DNA of 64,000 nucleotides from an uncultured Gemmatimonadales bacterium. Its GTDB lineage: Bacteria > Gemmatimonadota > Gemmatimonadetes > Gemmatimonadales > GWC2-71-9. The notes beneath the pieces are model-generated. The model saw nothing but the letters and a program-made list of their open reading frames with translations. It did not search any database and was not told the origin of the DNA. Shown piece by piece: positions 29,619 through 41,022 of the stretch. The stretch covers positions 672,001 through 736,000 of the forward strand of contig CAVVKJ010000010.1 in the NCBI GenBank assembly GCA_963748815.1, written 5' to 3'. The translations under genes were made by a program, and so were the position numbers. Positions within the stretch are counted from its first letter, which is position 1. Each line of letters opens with the position of its first letter.

Positions 29619-30634
29619 CCGGATCGCGTCACCGGGTGTGGCAGCTCCTGCTCGCCATCTCCCTGTCCGCCCTGCTCCTCTGGTGGGCGTTCCGCGACGT
29701 CAACTTTGCCGAGGCACTCGGCTACCTCCGGTCGGTGCGTCTCGGCTGGCTCCTCACCGCGGTCATCGTCGCCACCTCGCTCTTCCCGTTGCGACTCTTC
29801 CGCTGGCGCCTCCTCCTGCGGAAGGAAAACGGCGACCCCTACCCCTGGACCCCGCTCTGGCACGCCATCGCCATGGGGTTCGCCGCCAACAACCTCCTGC
29901 CGTTCCGGGCGGGCGAGGTGGTGCGCACCGTCGCGGCCAGCCGCCTGACCGGCGCCCGGCTCACGACCTCGCTCGCCTCCGTGGCCGTCGAGCGGGTCTT
30001 CGACGCGCTCACCGTCGTGGGGCTGCTGGCGGCGGCGCTCCTGATGCCCGGCATGCCCGCGGGGCTCTCCGTCGCGGGGATTCCCGTCCAGCGGGTCGCG
30101 ACGACCGCGGGCCTCCTCGCGCTCGCCGCCCTGGGCTGCGCCACGCTCGTCGTGACATTCCCGCGGGCAGCGGAGGCGGTCGTGCGACGGATCATCCCGT
30201 CCGATCGCATCGCATTGCGACTCATCGAACTGATCGAGGGGATCCGCCAGGGTCTCGCGGTACTCCAGTCCCCGATGCGGCTCATCGGCGTGATCGCCTG
30301 GTCAGTGGTGCTCTGGCTCGTCAACGCGCTCTCCTTCTACCTCGCCTTCCTCGCCTTCGACCTGCCGGTCAACTACATCGGCGCGGTGGTGCTGCAGGGC
30401 GTCCTCGCCTTCGGCATCGCCGTGCCGTCTGCGCCAGGGTATGTCGGCCCGTTCGAGGCGGCCATTACCGCGGTCCTCGCCCTGTACGCCATCGGCGCGA
30501 GCCAGGCGGTGGCCTACGCGGTGGGCTACCACATCACCACCTTCATTCCGATCACCCTGCTCGGGGTCTGGTCCGCCACGAAGACGGGGCTCGGGCTCGG
30601 GGCGACGGCGCGCGAGGCGCCCCCCAGTGTCTGA
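29615..30634 (+). CDS. Lysylphosphatidylglycerol-synthase TM (UPF0104) flippase-like protein
   Basis: NNLLPFRAGEVVR, ERVFD and PSAPGYVG. Confidence 0.9.
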   Translation: MTGSRHRVWQLLLAISLSALLLWWAFRDVNFAEALGYLRSVRLGWLLTAVIVATSLFPLRLFRWRLLLRKENGDPYPWTPLWHAIAMGFAANNLLPFRAGEVVRTVAASRLTGARLTTSLASVAVERVFDALTVVGLLAAALLMPGMPAGLSVAGIPVQRVATTAGLLALAALGCATLVVTFPRAAEAVVRRIIPSDRIALRLIELIEGIRQGLAVLQSPMRLIGVIAWSVVLWLVNALSFYLAFLAFDLPVNYIGAVVLQGVLAFGIAVPSAPGYVGPFEAAITAVLALYAIGASQAVAYAVGYHITTFIPITLLGVWSATKTGLGLGATAREAPPSV

Positions 30635-31488
30635 GGATCGGCTCTCCCGGCCGGCGCCCGCCAAGGCGAACCTGTTCCTCCGGGTGCTGGCGCGGGAATC
30701 GTCGGGGTATCACGGCATCGAGACCCTCTTCTGCCTGCTCGACCTGGCCGACGACCTGACGGCGGAGCGTCGCCCGGGCGGCGAAGTCACCATCGAGGTG
30801 CTGGGTGCCGATGTGGGACCCGCCGAGCAGAACCTCGCGGTCCGCGCGGCGGAGATGGTCCTGCAGGCCACCGGCCGGCGATTCGGCGTGCATCTCACGC
30901 TGGAGAAGCGCATTCCGATGCAGGCGGGGCTGGGCGGCGGCTCGAGCGACGCCGCCTCGGCGCTGATCCTCACCAACCAGCTGGCCGGCAACGCCGTCCC
31001 CCGGCACGAACTGCTCCAGTTCGCCGCCCGACTGGGGAGCGACGTGCCGTTCTTCCTGAGCGAGGCCCGCCTCGCCCTGGCCTGGGGACATGGCGAGCGG
31101 ATGCTGCGACTCCCGCCGCTCTCCACGGCGCCGGCGCTCCTCCTCGTCCCCGCCGAGGGAATGCCGACGGCCGAGGCCTATGCCTGGATCGATCAGGGCG
31201 GCGAGGCGACCCGGCGGGGCGGGCTCGCGCTGGACCTCGACGCGCTGCGGGGGTGGGGGGACATCGCGCGGATGGCGGGGAACGATTTCGAGGCGGCGCT
31301 CTTCTCCCGGAGGCCGGCGTTGCGGGCGGCGTTCGAGGCGCTGGCCGGCACCCACCCCCTCCTCTGCCGGCTGACCGGCTCCGGCTCGGCCTTCCTGGCG
31401 GTCTACCGGAACGCGGACCGATCGGACCGACGCCGCCATGATGCTGGGCCGGAAGCATGGGAAGCTGCTGGAGGTCACCGCCGGCTGA
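30627..31488 (+). CDS. ispE: 4-(cytidine 5'-diphospho)-2-C-methyl-D-erythritol kinase (apparent +1 frameshift near 31415)
   Basis: APAKANLFL, AGLGGGSSDAA, GSDVPFF, NDFE and LTGSGS. The corrected tail DAAMMLGRKHGKLLEVTAG ends at TGA 31486-31488. Confidence 0.92.
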
Positions 31489-31613
31489 TTCGACGCCACC
31501 CAGTCTCCAGCCATCAGTCCCCAGTCCTTTCCCCTTCTCCCTTCCGCCCCTCCAAGTCCCAAGTCCACTTCCTCCTTTCTCCCGTGCTTGCAATGCTTTA
31601 CCTTTGCATTCGC

Positions 31614-31684
31614 TGGCCCTTCGTCCAATGGCAGGACAGCAGACTTTGGATCTGCGAATGGTGGTTCGAATCCACCAGGGCCAA
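31614..31684 (+). tRNA. tRNA-Gln (TTG); CCA not encoded
   Basis: Acceptor stem TGGCCCT/AGGGCCA; anticodon arm GCAGA-CTTTGGA-TCTGC; T arm GGTGG-TTCGAAT-CCACC. Confidence 0.97.
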
Positions 31685-31720
31685 TCCTCCTACCGGCCGA
31701 TCCTGTTGTCCCCGCACGAG

Positions 31721-31750
31721 TTGACTCTCCCCGGTTTGCCCGGTTAGATT
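31721..31750 (+). promoter_or_regulatory. Putative sigma70 promoter for prs
   Basis: TTGACT-N18-TAGATT ending 10 nt before the ATG. Confidence 0.55.
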
Positions 31751-31760
31751 TGAGGGCTCT

Positions 31761-32714
31761 ATGGCGCAGATTTCTCTCGAACGAAGCCAGATGTTGCTCC
31801 TCAGCGGGACGGCCAACCGGCCGCTCGCCGAGGAGGTGGCGCAGCACCTCGGTCAGCCGCTCTGCAAGGTGACGGTCAAGCGGTTCGCCGACGGGGAAAT
31901 CTTCGTCAAGATCGACGAGAACGTGCGCGGGCGGGATGTCTACATCATCCAGCCGACCAATCCGCCGGCCGACAACCTGATGGAGCTGCTGCTCCTGATG
32001 GATGCCGCCAAGCGGGCCAGCGCGGCCCGGGTCACACCGGTCATCCCCTACTTCGGGTATGCCCGGCAGGACCGGAAGGATCAGCCGCGGGTGGCCATCA
32101 GCGCGCGACTGATCGCCAACATGGTGTCGATGGCTGGGGCGGACCGGGTGCTGGGCATGGATTTTCACCAGCACCAGATGCAGGGGTTCTTCGACATCCC
32201 GGTGGACCATCTCTACGCGGCGCCGGCGTTCGTGAACCACTTCCGGCAGAAGCGGCTGAAGGATCCGGTGGTCGTGGCGCCCGACGTCGGCTCCGCCAAG
32301 ATGGCCCGCGGGTTCGCCAAGCGGCTGAACGCCACGCTCGCCATCATCGACAAGCGGCGGCCCTCGGCCAACATCGCCGAGGTGGTCAACGTCGTCGGCG
32401 ACGTGAAGGACCGGGACTGCGTCATCCCGGACGACATGATCGACACCGCGGGCACCATGTCGGAAGCGGTGCACGCGCTGAAGCGGCTCGGGGCCAACGA
32501 CGTGTACTGCTGCGCCACCCACGCCCTGCTGTCGGGGCCGGCGGTCGAGCGGCTGAGCGCGTCGCCGGTCAAGGAAGTGGTGGTCACCAACACGATCGCC
32601 ATTCCGCCCGAGCGGCATTTCAAGCAGTTGACCGTTCTCTCGGTCGCCGGCCTCCTGGCCAAGGCGATCGGTTACACCCACAGCGACCAGTCGGTCAGCT
32701 CGCTGTTTGACTGA
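31761..32714 (+). CDS. prs: Ribose-phosphate pyrophosphokinase
   Basis: FADGE, YFGYARQDRK, IIDKRR and DDMIDTAGT. Confidence 0.97.
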   Translation: MAQISLERSQMLLLSGTANRPLAEEVAQHLGQPLCKVTVKRFADGEIFVKIDENVRGRDVYIIQPTNPPADNLMELLLLMDAAKRASAARVTPVIPYFGYARQDRKDQPRVAISARLIANMVSMAGADRVLGMDFHQHQMQGFFDIPVDHLYAAPAFVNHFRQKRLKDPVVVAPDVGSAKMARGFAKRLNATLAIIDKRRPSANIAEVVNVVGDVKDRDCVIPDDMIDTAGTMSEAVHALKRLGANDVYCCATHALLSGPAVERLSASPVKEVVVTNTIAIPPERHFKQLTVLSVAGLLAKAIGYTHSDQSVSSLFD

Positions 32715-32758
32715 TTGAGGACGCCGCCTCGGCGCCCATTACCTCGAAGGATCGGACT

Positions 32759-33418
32759 ATGGCACAACAGGTGAATCTCGCGGCGGCCTCCCGCCCACAG
32801 ACTGGTACCGGCGCCGCCCGCGCGCTCCGTCGCGCAGGCCAGGTGCCCGCGGTCATTTACGGCCACGGCCGTGAGCCCGAGCCGCTCGCCATCGACGCCG
32901 GCGTGCTGTCGCGGCTCCTGCCCACGATGACGGCCAGCACCATCCTCGACGTCACCGTCGACGGGCGCGCGCCGATCAAGGCGCTCCTGCGCGACCTGCA
33001 GCGGCACGCCCTGCGCTCCTCGACCATCGTGCATCTCGACCTCTACGAGATCCACGCCGACGAGGAAGTCGACGTGCGGGTGGCCATCCACCTCCTCGGC
33101 GTGCCGGACGGCGTCCGGAACTTCGGCGGCGTGCTCGACTTCGTGCATCGCGACGTCGAAATCCGGGTCCTGCCCGGCGACATCCCGGCGGGCATCGACG
33201 TCGACGTGACGAACCTGGCCATCGGGCATTCCATCTTCGTCCGCGACCTCGTGCTGGCCAAGGGCGAGATTCTCGACGACGCCAACGTGCCGGTCTGCAC
33301 GGTCGTCGCGCCGCGCGTCGAAGAGACCGCCGTCCCGGTGACCGAGGACGCCACGGTCGAGCCCGAGTTGATCCGCAAGGCGAAGGCCGAGGACGACGAG
33401 GGCGACGACAAGGAGTAA
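32759..33418 (+). CDS. rplY: 50S ribosomal protein L25/Ctc
   Basis: ARALRRAGQVPAVIYG; long form with acidic tail; prs-rplY-pth synteny. Confidence 0.95.
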   Translation: MAQQVNLAAASRPQTGTGAARALRRAGQVPAVIYGHGREPEPLAIDAGVLSRLLPTMTASTILDVTVDGRAPIKALLRDLQRHALRSSTIVHLDLYEIHADEEVDVRVAIHLLGVPDGVRNFGGVLDFVHRDVEIRVLPGDIPAGIDVDVTNLAIGHSIFVRDLVLAKGEILDDANVPVCTVVAPRVEETAVPVTEDATVEPELIRKAKAEDDEGDDKE

Positions 33419-33422
33419 GGCC

Positions 33423-33992
33423 CTGCGCGCCATTCTCGGACTCGGGAACCCGGGTCCTGAATACGAGCGGACCCGCCACAACGCGGGGTTCGTCCTGGCC
33501 GATCACCTGGCGCGGCGCTGGGGTTTTGGGGCGTTTCGACGCGGCGAGCGGGCCCGCGAAGTCAGCGGCCGGCGCGACGGCACGGAGATCCGGCTGATCA
33601 AGCCGACGACCTACATGAACCGGAGCGGGGCGGCACTCGCCCCGCTTCGCGCGTTTCCGGGATTTGACCCCGCGCGGGACCTGCTGGTGCTGGTGGACGA
33701 CGTGGCGCTCCCCGCGGGCCGGTTTCGCCTGCGAGGCGCCGGCACGGCGGGTGGGCACAACGGGCTCAAGAGCGTCGAAGGGGCGTTGCTGCGTCAGGAC
33801 TACGCCCGCCTCCGGATCGGCGTCGGCCCCCTGCCCCCCGACGGCCGCGACCTCGCGGACTTCGTCCTCGACGAATTTGCGGGCGACGAGTGGGACATCC
33901 TCACGGCATTGCTCGACCCGATGGCGGACGCCGTCGAGTGCTGGCTGGCTGAAGGCATCGAGCCGGCCATGAACCGATATAACGGAGGCTGA
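33423..33992 (+). CDS. pth: Peptidyl-tRNA hydrolase (probable CTG start)
   Basis: [30 protein letters not shown] and GGHNGLKS. Confidence 0.93.
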   Translation: MRAILGLGNPGPEYERTRHNAGFVLADHLARRWGFGAFRRGERAREVSGRRDGTEIRLIKPTTYMNRSGAALAPLRAFPGFDPARDLLVLVDDVALPAGRFRLRGAGTAGGHNGLKSVEGALLRQDYARLRIGVGPLPPDGRDLADFVLDEFAGDEWDILTALLDPMADAVECWLAEGIEPAMNRYNGG

Positions 33993-36043
<2,051 letters not shown>

Positions 36044-36082
36044 GCGGGGAAGCGGGGAAGCGGGGAAGCGGGGAAGCGGGAA
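36044..36082 (+). repeat. Tandem 8-bp repeat (GCGGGGAA)x4 plus one variant
   Basis: Read directly from the sequence. Confidence 0.9.
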
Positions 36083-36110
36083 CGAAGGTTGAGTTCGCGG
36101 GAGACATCGC

Positions 36111-36146
36111 AAGGGGCAACCGGAATCCGGTTGCCCCTTTGCTTTT
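36111..36146 (+). terminator. Intrinsic terminator-like hairpin between convergent hppA and korB
   Basis: AAGGGGCAACCGG-AAT-CCGGTTGCCCCTT followed by TGCTTTT. Confidence 0.75.
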
Positions 36147-36148
36147 AC

Positions 36149-36172
36149 TTCCCCGCGTCCCCGCTTCCCCGC
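36149..36172 (-). repeat. Three inverted copies of the GCGGGGAA unit
   Basis: TTCCCCGC GTCCCCGC TTCCCCGC on the + strand. Confidence 0.85.
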
Positions 36173-36179
36173 CCTGCCC

Positions 36180-37184
36180 CTAGACCTTCCACGTCTTCCC
36201 CTGCATCAGCAGCGCCTTGATATCGGGTGCGCCGGTGGGCTGCTTCGCGTAGACCGCCGCGGTATAGCTCTGGACCGGGTCGGCGTAGAGCACGCCGAGG
36301 GCGACCGGGAACGGCGGGGTGAGGGCGGCAAGCATCCCGGCCAGCGTCCGGTTGGTCTCGTCGTGGACCAGGATGTCCTCCATCGAGACGCCCCCCTCCC
36401 CGAGGGTCACCACCTCGAGCGCGATGTTCGAGGGATCGAATCGCAGCCCCTGCTGCCGTCCCTTCCCGAAGAGGAGCGGCTGGCCGTGGACCAGGTGCAG
36501 TTGGCGCTCTTCCGCCACCGCCCGGTCGGTGAACTCGTCGAAGACACCGTCGTTGAAGACCAGGCAGTTCTGGAAGATTTCCACGAACGACGCCCCGCGG
36601 TTGGCATGCGCCCGCTTCAACACGTCGATGAGCTGGGCCTGCTGGGTATCGATGCCGCGCGCGACGAACCGGCCGCCGGCGCCGAGCGCGAACGTGGCGG
36701 CGGAGAGCGGCCGCTCGATGGATCCCCCCGGCGAGGTCGGGCTCTTCGTGCCCGTCCGCGACGTCGGCGAATACTGTCCCTTGGTGAGCCCGTAGATCTC
36801 GTTGTTGAAGAGGATGATCTGCAGGTCCACGTTCCGGCGGAGCACGTGCAGCATGTGGTTCCCGCCGATCGAGAGTCCGTCGCCGTCGCCCGTCATGACC
36901 CACACGTCGAGTTCAGGATTCGCGAGCTTCACCCCCGTCGCGATGGCGGGCGCGCGTCCGTGCACCGTGTGGAAGCCGTAGGTCGACATGTAGTAGGGAA
37001 ATCGCGACGAGCAGCCGATCCCCGAAACGAAGACGGTGTTCTCCCGCCGGGAGCCGATCTCGGCCAGCGCCTTCTGCACCGCCTTCAGGATGGCGTAGTC
37101 GCCGCAGCCCGGGCACCAGCGGACCTCCTGGTCGGAGGCGAAGTCCTTTGGCTGCAGCTTGACGAGCGTCGGGGTCGCGGTCAT
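36180..37184 (-). CDS. korB: 2-oxoacid:ferredoxin oxidoreductase beta subunit
   Basis: WCPGCGD, SGIGCSS, HGRA, GDGDG...NN and YGLTKGQ. Confidence 0.92.
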   Translation of the reverse strand: MTATPTLVKLQPKDFASDQEVRWCPGCGDYAILKAVQKALAEIGSRRENTVFVSGIGCSSRFPYYMSTYGFHTVHGRAPAIATGVKLANPELDVWVMTGDGDGLSIGGNHMLHVLRRNVDLQIILFNNEIYGLTKGQYSPTSRTGTKSPTSPGGSIERPLSAATFALGAGGRFVARGIDTQQAQLIDVLKRAHANRGASFVEIFQNCLVFNDGVFDEFTDRAVAEERQLHLVHGQPLLFGKGRQQGLRFDPSNIALEVVTLGEGGVSMEDILVHDETNRTLAGMLAALTPPFPVALGVLYADPVQSYTAAVYAKQPTGAPDIKALLMQGKTWKV

Positions 37185-39082
37185 GCGGCACCTCCCTTCC
37201 CATTGCCACGGGTCCGTTCCATGATCGCCGCGAGGATGGTGGAAACCTTGAAGGGCTTCCCGTTGACCTGGCTGAACCGCTCGGCCGGGAGGAGATACGC
37301 GGCGCGGAGGAGGGTCACCAGCTGCCCGTTGTTCATCTCTGGCACCAGGATCTTGTCGAACCGCTTGAGCAGGTCGCCCAGGTTCCTGGGGAACGGCGAG
37401 ATGTACCGGAGGTGAATGTGCGACACCCGCCGGCCCTCGGCCCGCGCCCGCTGCACCGCCATGTGAATCGGCCCGAATGTGGACCCCCAGCCGACCACCG
37501 CGAGTTCGCCGCTGTCCTCTCCCTGGTTCACCGCCTGTTCGGGAATGTCATCGGCGATGCGGGCCACCTTGGCCGCGCGCGCCTCCGTCATCCTCGCATG
37601 ATTGTCGGGGTCGTAGGAGATGTCCCCGGTCTCGGCGTTCCGTTCGATGCCACCGATTCGGTGCTCCAGTCCCGGCGTGCCCGGACGCGCCCATGGCCGC
37701 GCCAGAGTGGCGGGGTCGCGCTGGAAGGGCTGGAACCCTTCGGCATCGGTGCGGTAGCTCACGGGAAAGGTGGGCAACGCATCGGCGTCGGGGATTCGCC
37801 AGGGCTCGGCGGCGTTCGTCAGGTACCCGTCGGTCAGCAGGAACACCGGCGTCATGTACTTGGTGGCCAGCCGGACGGCCTCCATGGCGACCTCAAAGGC
37901 ATCCGCGGAGGTCGCGGCCGCGAGGACCGGCAGAGGCGCGTCGCCGTTCCGGCCCAGCACGGCCTGGAAGAGGTCGGACTGCTCGGTCTTCGTGGGTAGC
38001 CCGGTGGAGGGTCCGGCCCGCTGTGCGTCGATCACGATGAGCGGGAGTTCCGTGGCAATGGCCAGTCCGAGCGCCTCGGTCTTGAGGGCAATCCCCGGCC
38101 CCGAGGACGAGGTCACGCCGAGGGAACCGGCAAAGGAGGCGCCGATGGCGGCGCAGATGGCGGCAATTTCGTCTTCGGCCTGGAAGGTGACCACCCCGTG
38201 CGCACGGAGACCGGTCAGCGCGTGCAGGACTGGCGAGGCCGGGGTGATCGGGTAGCCCGCGAACACCATGCGCTCGATGCCGGCGGCCTTGAGCCCCGCG
38301 AGCAGCCCCCAGGCCACGGCCTCCGTGCCGCTGATGGTCCGGTAGGTACCGGGTTCCGCCGGCGCCGGACCGATCGCGACCGGCCGGAGGAAGTTCGGAA
38401 GTTCGGCCGTCTCACCGAAGGCGTGCCCGGCGTTCAGCACCGCGACGTTGGCCGCCGCGATGGCGGGGTCCTTTCCGAACTTCCGCTCGATCCAGTCGGT
38501 GGTAGTCTTCCGCTCGCGGTCGTACAGCCAGAGCACCAGTCCCAGCGCCCACATGTTGCGGGAGCGCGCGGTCTGCTTGGAGGTCAGGCCGAGACCATCC
38601 ACGGCCGCCTCGGTCAGCCGCCCGATGTCGAGGGGAAGGACCGAGAAATCGGACAGGGTGCCGTCCTCGAGCGGATTCTTCGCGTATCCGGCCTTGAGGA
38701 GGTTGCGCTCGGTGAACGCGCCCTTGTCGACGATCAGGGTCCCGCCCCGCCGGAGGTCGCCGACGTTGGTGATCAGCGCCGCCGGGTTCATCGCGACCAG
38801 GACGTCGAGGTCGTCGCCGGCGGTGGCCACTTCCACCGACCCGAAGTGGATCTGGAACGCCGAGACCCCGAAGGTGGTGCCGACGGGGGCCCGGATCTCC
38901 GCCGGAAAGTCGGGAAAGGTGGCCAGGTCGCTGCCGGCGAGCGCCGTTTCCATGGCGAACCGGGCCCCGGTGATCTGCATGCCGTCGCCGGAATCGCCGG
39001 CAAACCGGACGACCGCCTGCTCGCGCCGCGCGGGCGTACCGGCCGCATTGGCCCCGCCAGGAACGCTGGTTGTCGATGACAT
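37181..39082 (-). CDS. korA: 2-oxoacid:ferredoxin oxidoreductase alpha subunit (gamma-alpha fusion)
   Basis: GDSGDG, YPITPAS, QAEDEI, SGPG and QRAGPSTGLPT. Confidence 0.92.
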   Translation of the reverse strand: MSSTTSVPGGANAAGTPARREQAVVRFAGDSGDGMQITGARFAMETALAGSDLATFPDFPAEIRAPVGTTFGVSAFQIHFGSVEVATAGDDLDVLVAMNPAALITNVGDLRRGGTLIVDKGAFTERNLLKAGYAKNPLEDGTLSDFSVLPLDIGRLTEAAVDGLGLTSKQTARSRNMWALGLVLWLYDRERKTTTDWIERKFGKDPAIAAANVAVLNAGHAFGETAELPNFLRPVAIGPAPAEPGTYRTISGTEAVAWGLLAGLKAAGIERMVFAGYPITPASPVLHALTGLRAHGVVTFQAEDEIAAICAAIGASFAGSLGVTSSSGPGIALKTEALGLAIATELPLIVIDAQRAGPSTGLPTKTEQSDLFQAVLGRNGDAPLPVLAAATSADAFEVAMEAVRLATKYMTPVFLLTDGYLTNAAEPWRIPDADALPTFPVSYRTDAEGFQPFQRDPATLARPWARPGTPGLEHRIGGIERNAETGDISYDPDNHARMTEARAAKVARIADDIPEQAVNQGEDSGELAVVGWGSTFGPIHMAVQRARAEGRRVSHIHLRYISPFPRNLGDLLKRFDKILVPEMNNGQLVTLLRAAYLLPAERFSQVNGKPFKVSTILAAIMERTRGNGKGGAA

Positions 39083-39192
39083 TAGGCCCGCCTTGTCTGG
39101 GGGGAGCGTCTGCACTCGAATTGTATCCACGAGGCCCCGTGCCGCGCCAGCGCCCCGCTTCCATTGGGGGCCCTTCCCTGCGATAATTCCGC

Positions 39193-40290
39193 GTGCTCAG
39201 ACTCGGTATTGTCGGTCTTCCGAACGTCGGTAAGTCCACGCTCTTCAACGCCCTGACCTCCGCCGGGGCGCTGGTGGCCAACTACCCCTTTGCCACCATC
39301 GAGCCGAACACCGGCGTCGTCCAGGTGCCGGATCCGCGGCTGGACGCCATCGCCACCTTCGTCAAGCCCGAACGCACCCTCGCCGCCACCGTCGAGTTCC
39401 TGGACATTGCGGGGCTGGTCAAGGGCGCCAGCCAGGGCGAGGGGCTCGGCAACCAGTTCCTCGCGAACATCCGCGAGGTGGATGCGGTGGTGCACGTGGT
39501 CCGGTGCTTCGAGAACGACGACATCCAGCACGTGATGGGGAGCGTCGACCCGGCCCGGGACCGCGAGATCATCAACATCGAACTGGGCCTGGCCGACCTC
39601 GCGTCCGTCGAGAAGCGGCTGGACAAGGCGGCGCGGACCGCCAAGTCAGGCGACGCCCAGGCCAAGATCGAGGTCCGCCTGCTCGACGCGCTGCGCACCG
39701 CGCTCGCCGCGGGCCGGCCCGCCCGGTCGGTGGTCCCCGCCCCCGAGGACGCCGCCGTCTACCGGGCGTTCAATCTCCTCACCGCCAAGCCGGTGCTCTA
39801 CGCCGCGAACGTCGGTGAGCAGGAAATCAACGCCGGCAACGCCCACGTCGCGGCGCTGCAGGCAGCGCTGACGCGGGATGGGGAGCCGGCGGAAGTCGTG
39901 ACCTTTTCCGCCCAGGTGGAGGCGGAGTTGGCGGAACTCGCCCCGGAAGACCGCGCGGAGTTCCTCGAGTCGCTCGGCCTGTCTGAATCGGGGCTCGACC
40001 GCTTGGCGCACGCCGCCTATCACCTCCTCGGCCTGCAAAGCTACTTCACAGCGGGCGAGAAGGAGGTCCGCGCCTGGACCATTCACAAGGGCGACCGGGC
40101 ACCCCAGGCCGCCGGGGTCATCCACTCCGATTTCGAGCACGGCTTCATCCGGGCGGAGACGGTGGCCTACGACGATTTCGTCCGGGTCGGTGGATGGAAG
40201 CCCGCCCGCGAGCAGGGGCTCGCCCGCGCGGAGGGCAAGGAATATGTCGTCCAGGATGGCGACGTGATGCTCTTTCGGTTCAACGTCTAG
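39193..40290 (+). CDS. ychF: Redox-regulated ribosome-binding ATPase YchF
   Basis: GIVGLPNVGKSTLFN, NYPFATIEPN, DIAGLV and EGKEYVVQDGD. Confidence 0.97.
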   Translation: MLRLGIVGLPNVGKSTLFNALTSAGALVANYPFATIEPNTGVVQVPDPRLDAIATFVKPERTLAATVEFLDIAGLVKGASQGEGLGNQFLANIREVDAVVHVVRCFENDDIQHVMGSVDPARDREIINIELGLADLASVEKRLDKAARTAKSGDAQAKIEVRLLDALRTALAAGRPARSVVPAPEDAAVYRAFNLLTAKPVLYAANVGEQEINAGNAHVAALQAALTRDGEPAEVVTFSAQVEAELAELAPEDRAEFLESLGLSESGLDRLAHAAYHLLGLQSYFTAGEKEVRAWTIHKGDRAPQAAGVIHSDFEHGFIRAETVAYDDFVRVGGWKPAREQGLARAEGKEYVVQDGDVMLFRFNV

Positions 40291-40302
40291 GAGAACACAC
40301 AT

Positions 40303-41016
40303 ATGACCAGTCCATTCGGCGCCGCCCAGGGGCGCACCGGATTCGTTTCCGATGTCGACAGCGCCCGCGTTGCCACTTTCATGCGCGGTGTCTACTGGTG
40401 GATGTTCGGCGGCCTCGGCGTCACGGCCACCGTGGCGCTGGCCGTCGCCAGTTCGCCGGCGGCGATGAGCACCCTGATCAGCAACAAGCTGCTCTTCTTC
40501 GGCGTCATCATCGCCGAACTGGTCCTGGTGGTCTATCTGTCCGCCCGGGTGGCCAAGATGTCGCCCTCCACCGCAGGCACGCTCTTCCTGGCCTACTCGG
40601 CGCTCAACGGCGTCACCTTCGCGATCATCCTGCTGGCGTATACCGGCGCATCGGTGGCCAACGCCTTCTTTGTCACCGCGGGAATGTTCGGCGCGCTCGC
40701 CGTCTACGGCAGCGTGACGAAGCGCGACCTGACCGGCATGGGCCGGTTCATGTTCATGGGCCTGATCGGGCTGGTGCTGGCGAGCGTGGTGAGCATCTTC
40801 TGGCAGAACAACGCCATGAACTTCGTGATGGGCGTGGTGGGGGTCCTGGTCTTCTCGGGGCTAATCGCCTACGACACCCAGCGCCTGCGGGCCATGGCCC
40901 TCCAGGTCTCGGGCGAGCAGACCGGCTCGTATGCCGTCCTCGGCGCGCTGAGCCTCTACCTCAACTTCATCAACCTCTTCCTCTCCCTCCTCCGGCTCTT
41001 CGGCGACCGCCGGTAG
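40303..41016 (+). CDS. Bax inhibitor-1/YccA family membrane protein
   Basis: Seven TMs; AYDTQ and GALSLYLNFINLF. Confidence 0.92.
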   Translation: MTSPFGAAQGRTGFVSDVDSARVATFMRGVYWWMFGGLGVTATVALAVASSPAAMSTLISNKLLFFGVIIAELVLVVYLSARVAKMSPSTAGTLFLAYSALNGVTFAIILLAYTGASVANAFFVTAGMFGALAVYGSVTKRDLTGMGRFMFMGLIGLVLASVVSIFWQNNAMNFVMGVVGVLVFSGLIAYDTQRLRAMALQVSGEQTGSYAVLGALSLYLNFINLFLSLLRLFGDRR

Positions 41017-41022
41017 GGGATC

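Noticed and set aside
31489..31724. C-terminal extension of IspE through the tRNA
   Set aside because: Produced by the +1 indel near 31415; the alternative frame gives a natural end at 31488.
31614..31760. tRNA-anchored genomic island
   Set aside because: Flanked by the conserved ispE-tRNA(Gln)-prs order, with no integrase or duplicated tRNA 3' end seen.
36044..36082. CRISPR array
   Set aside because: 8-bp units with no spacers and no cas genes.
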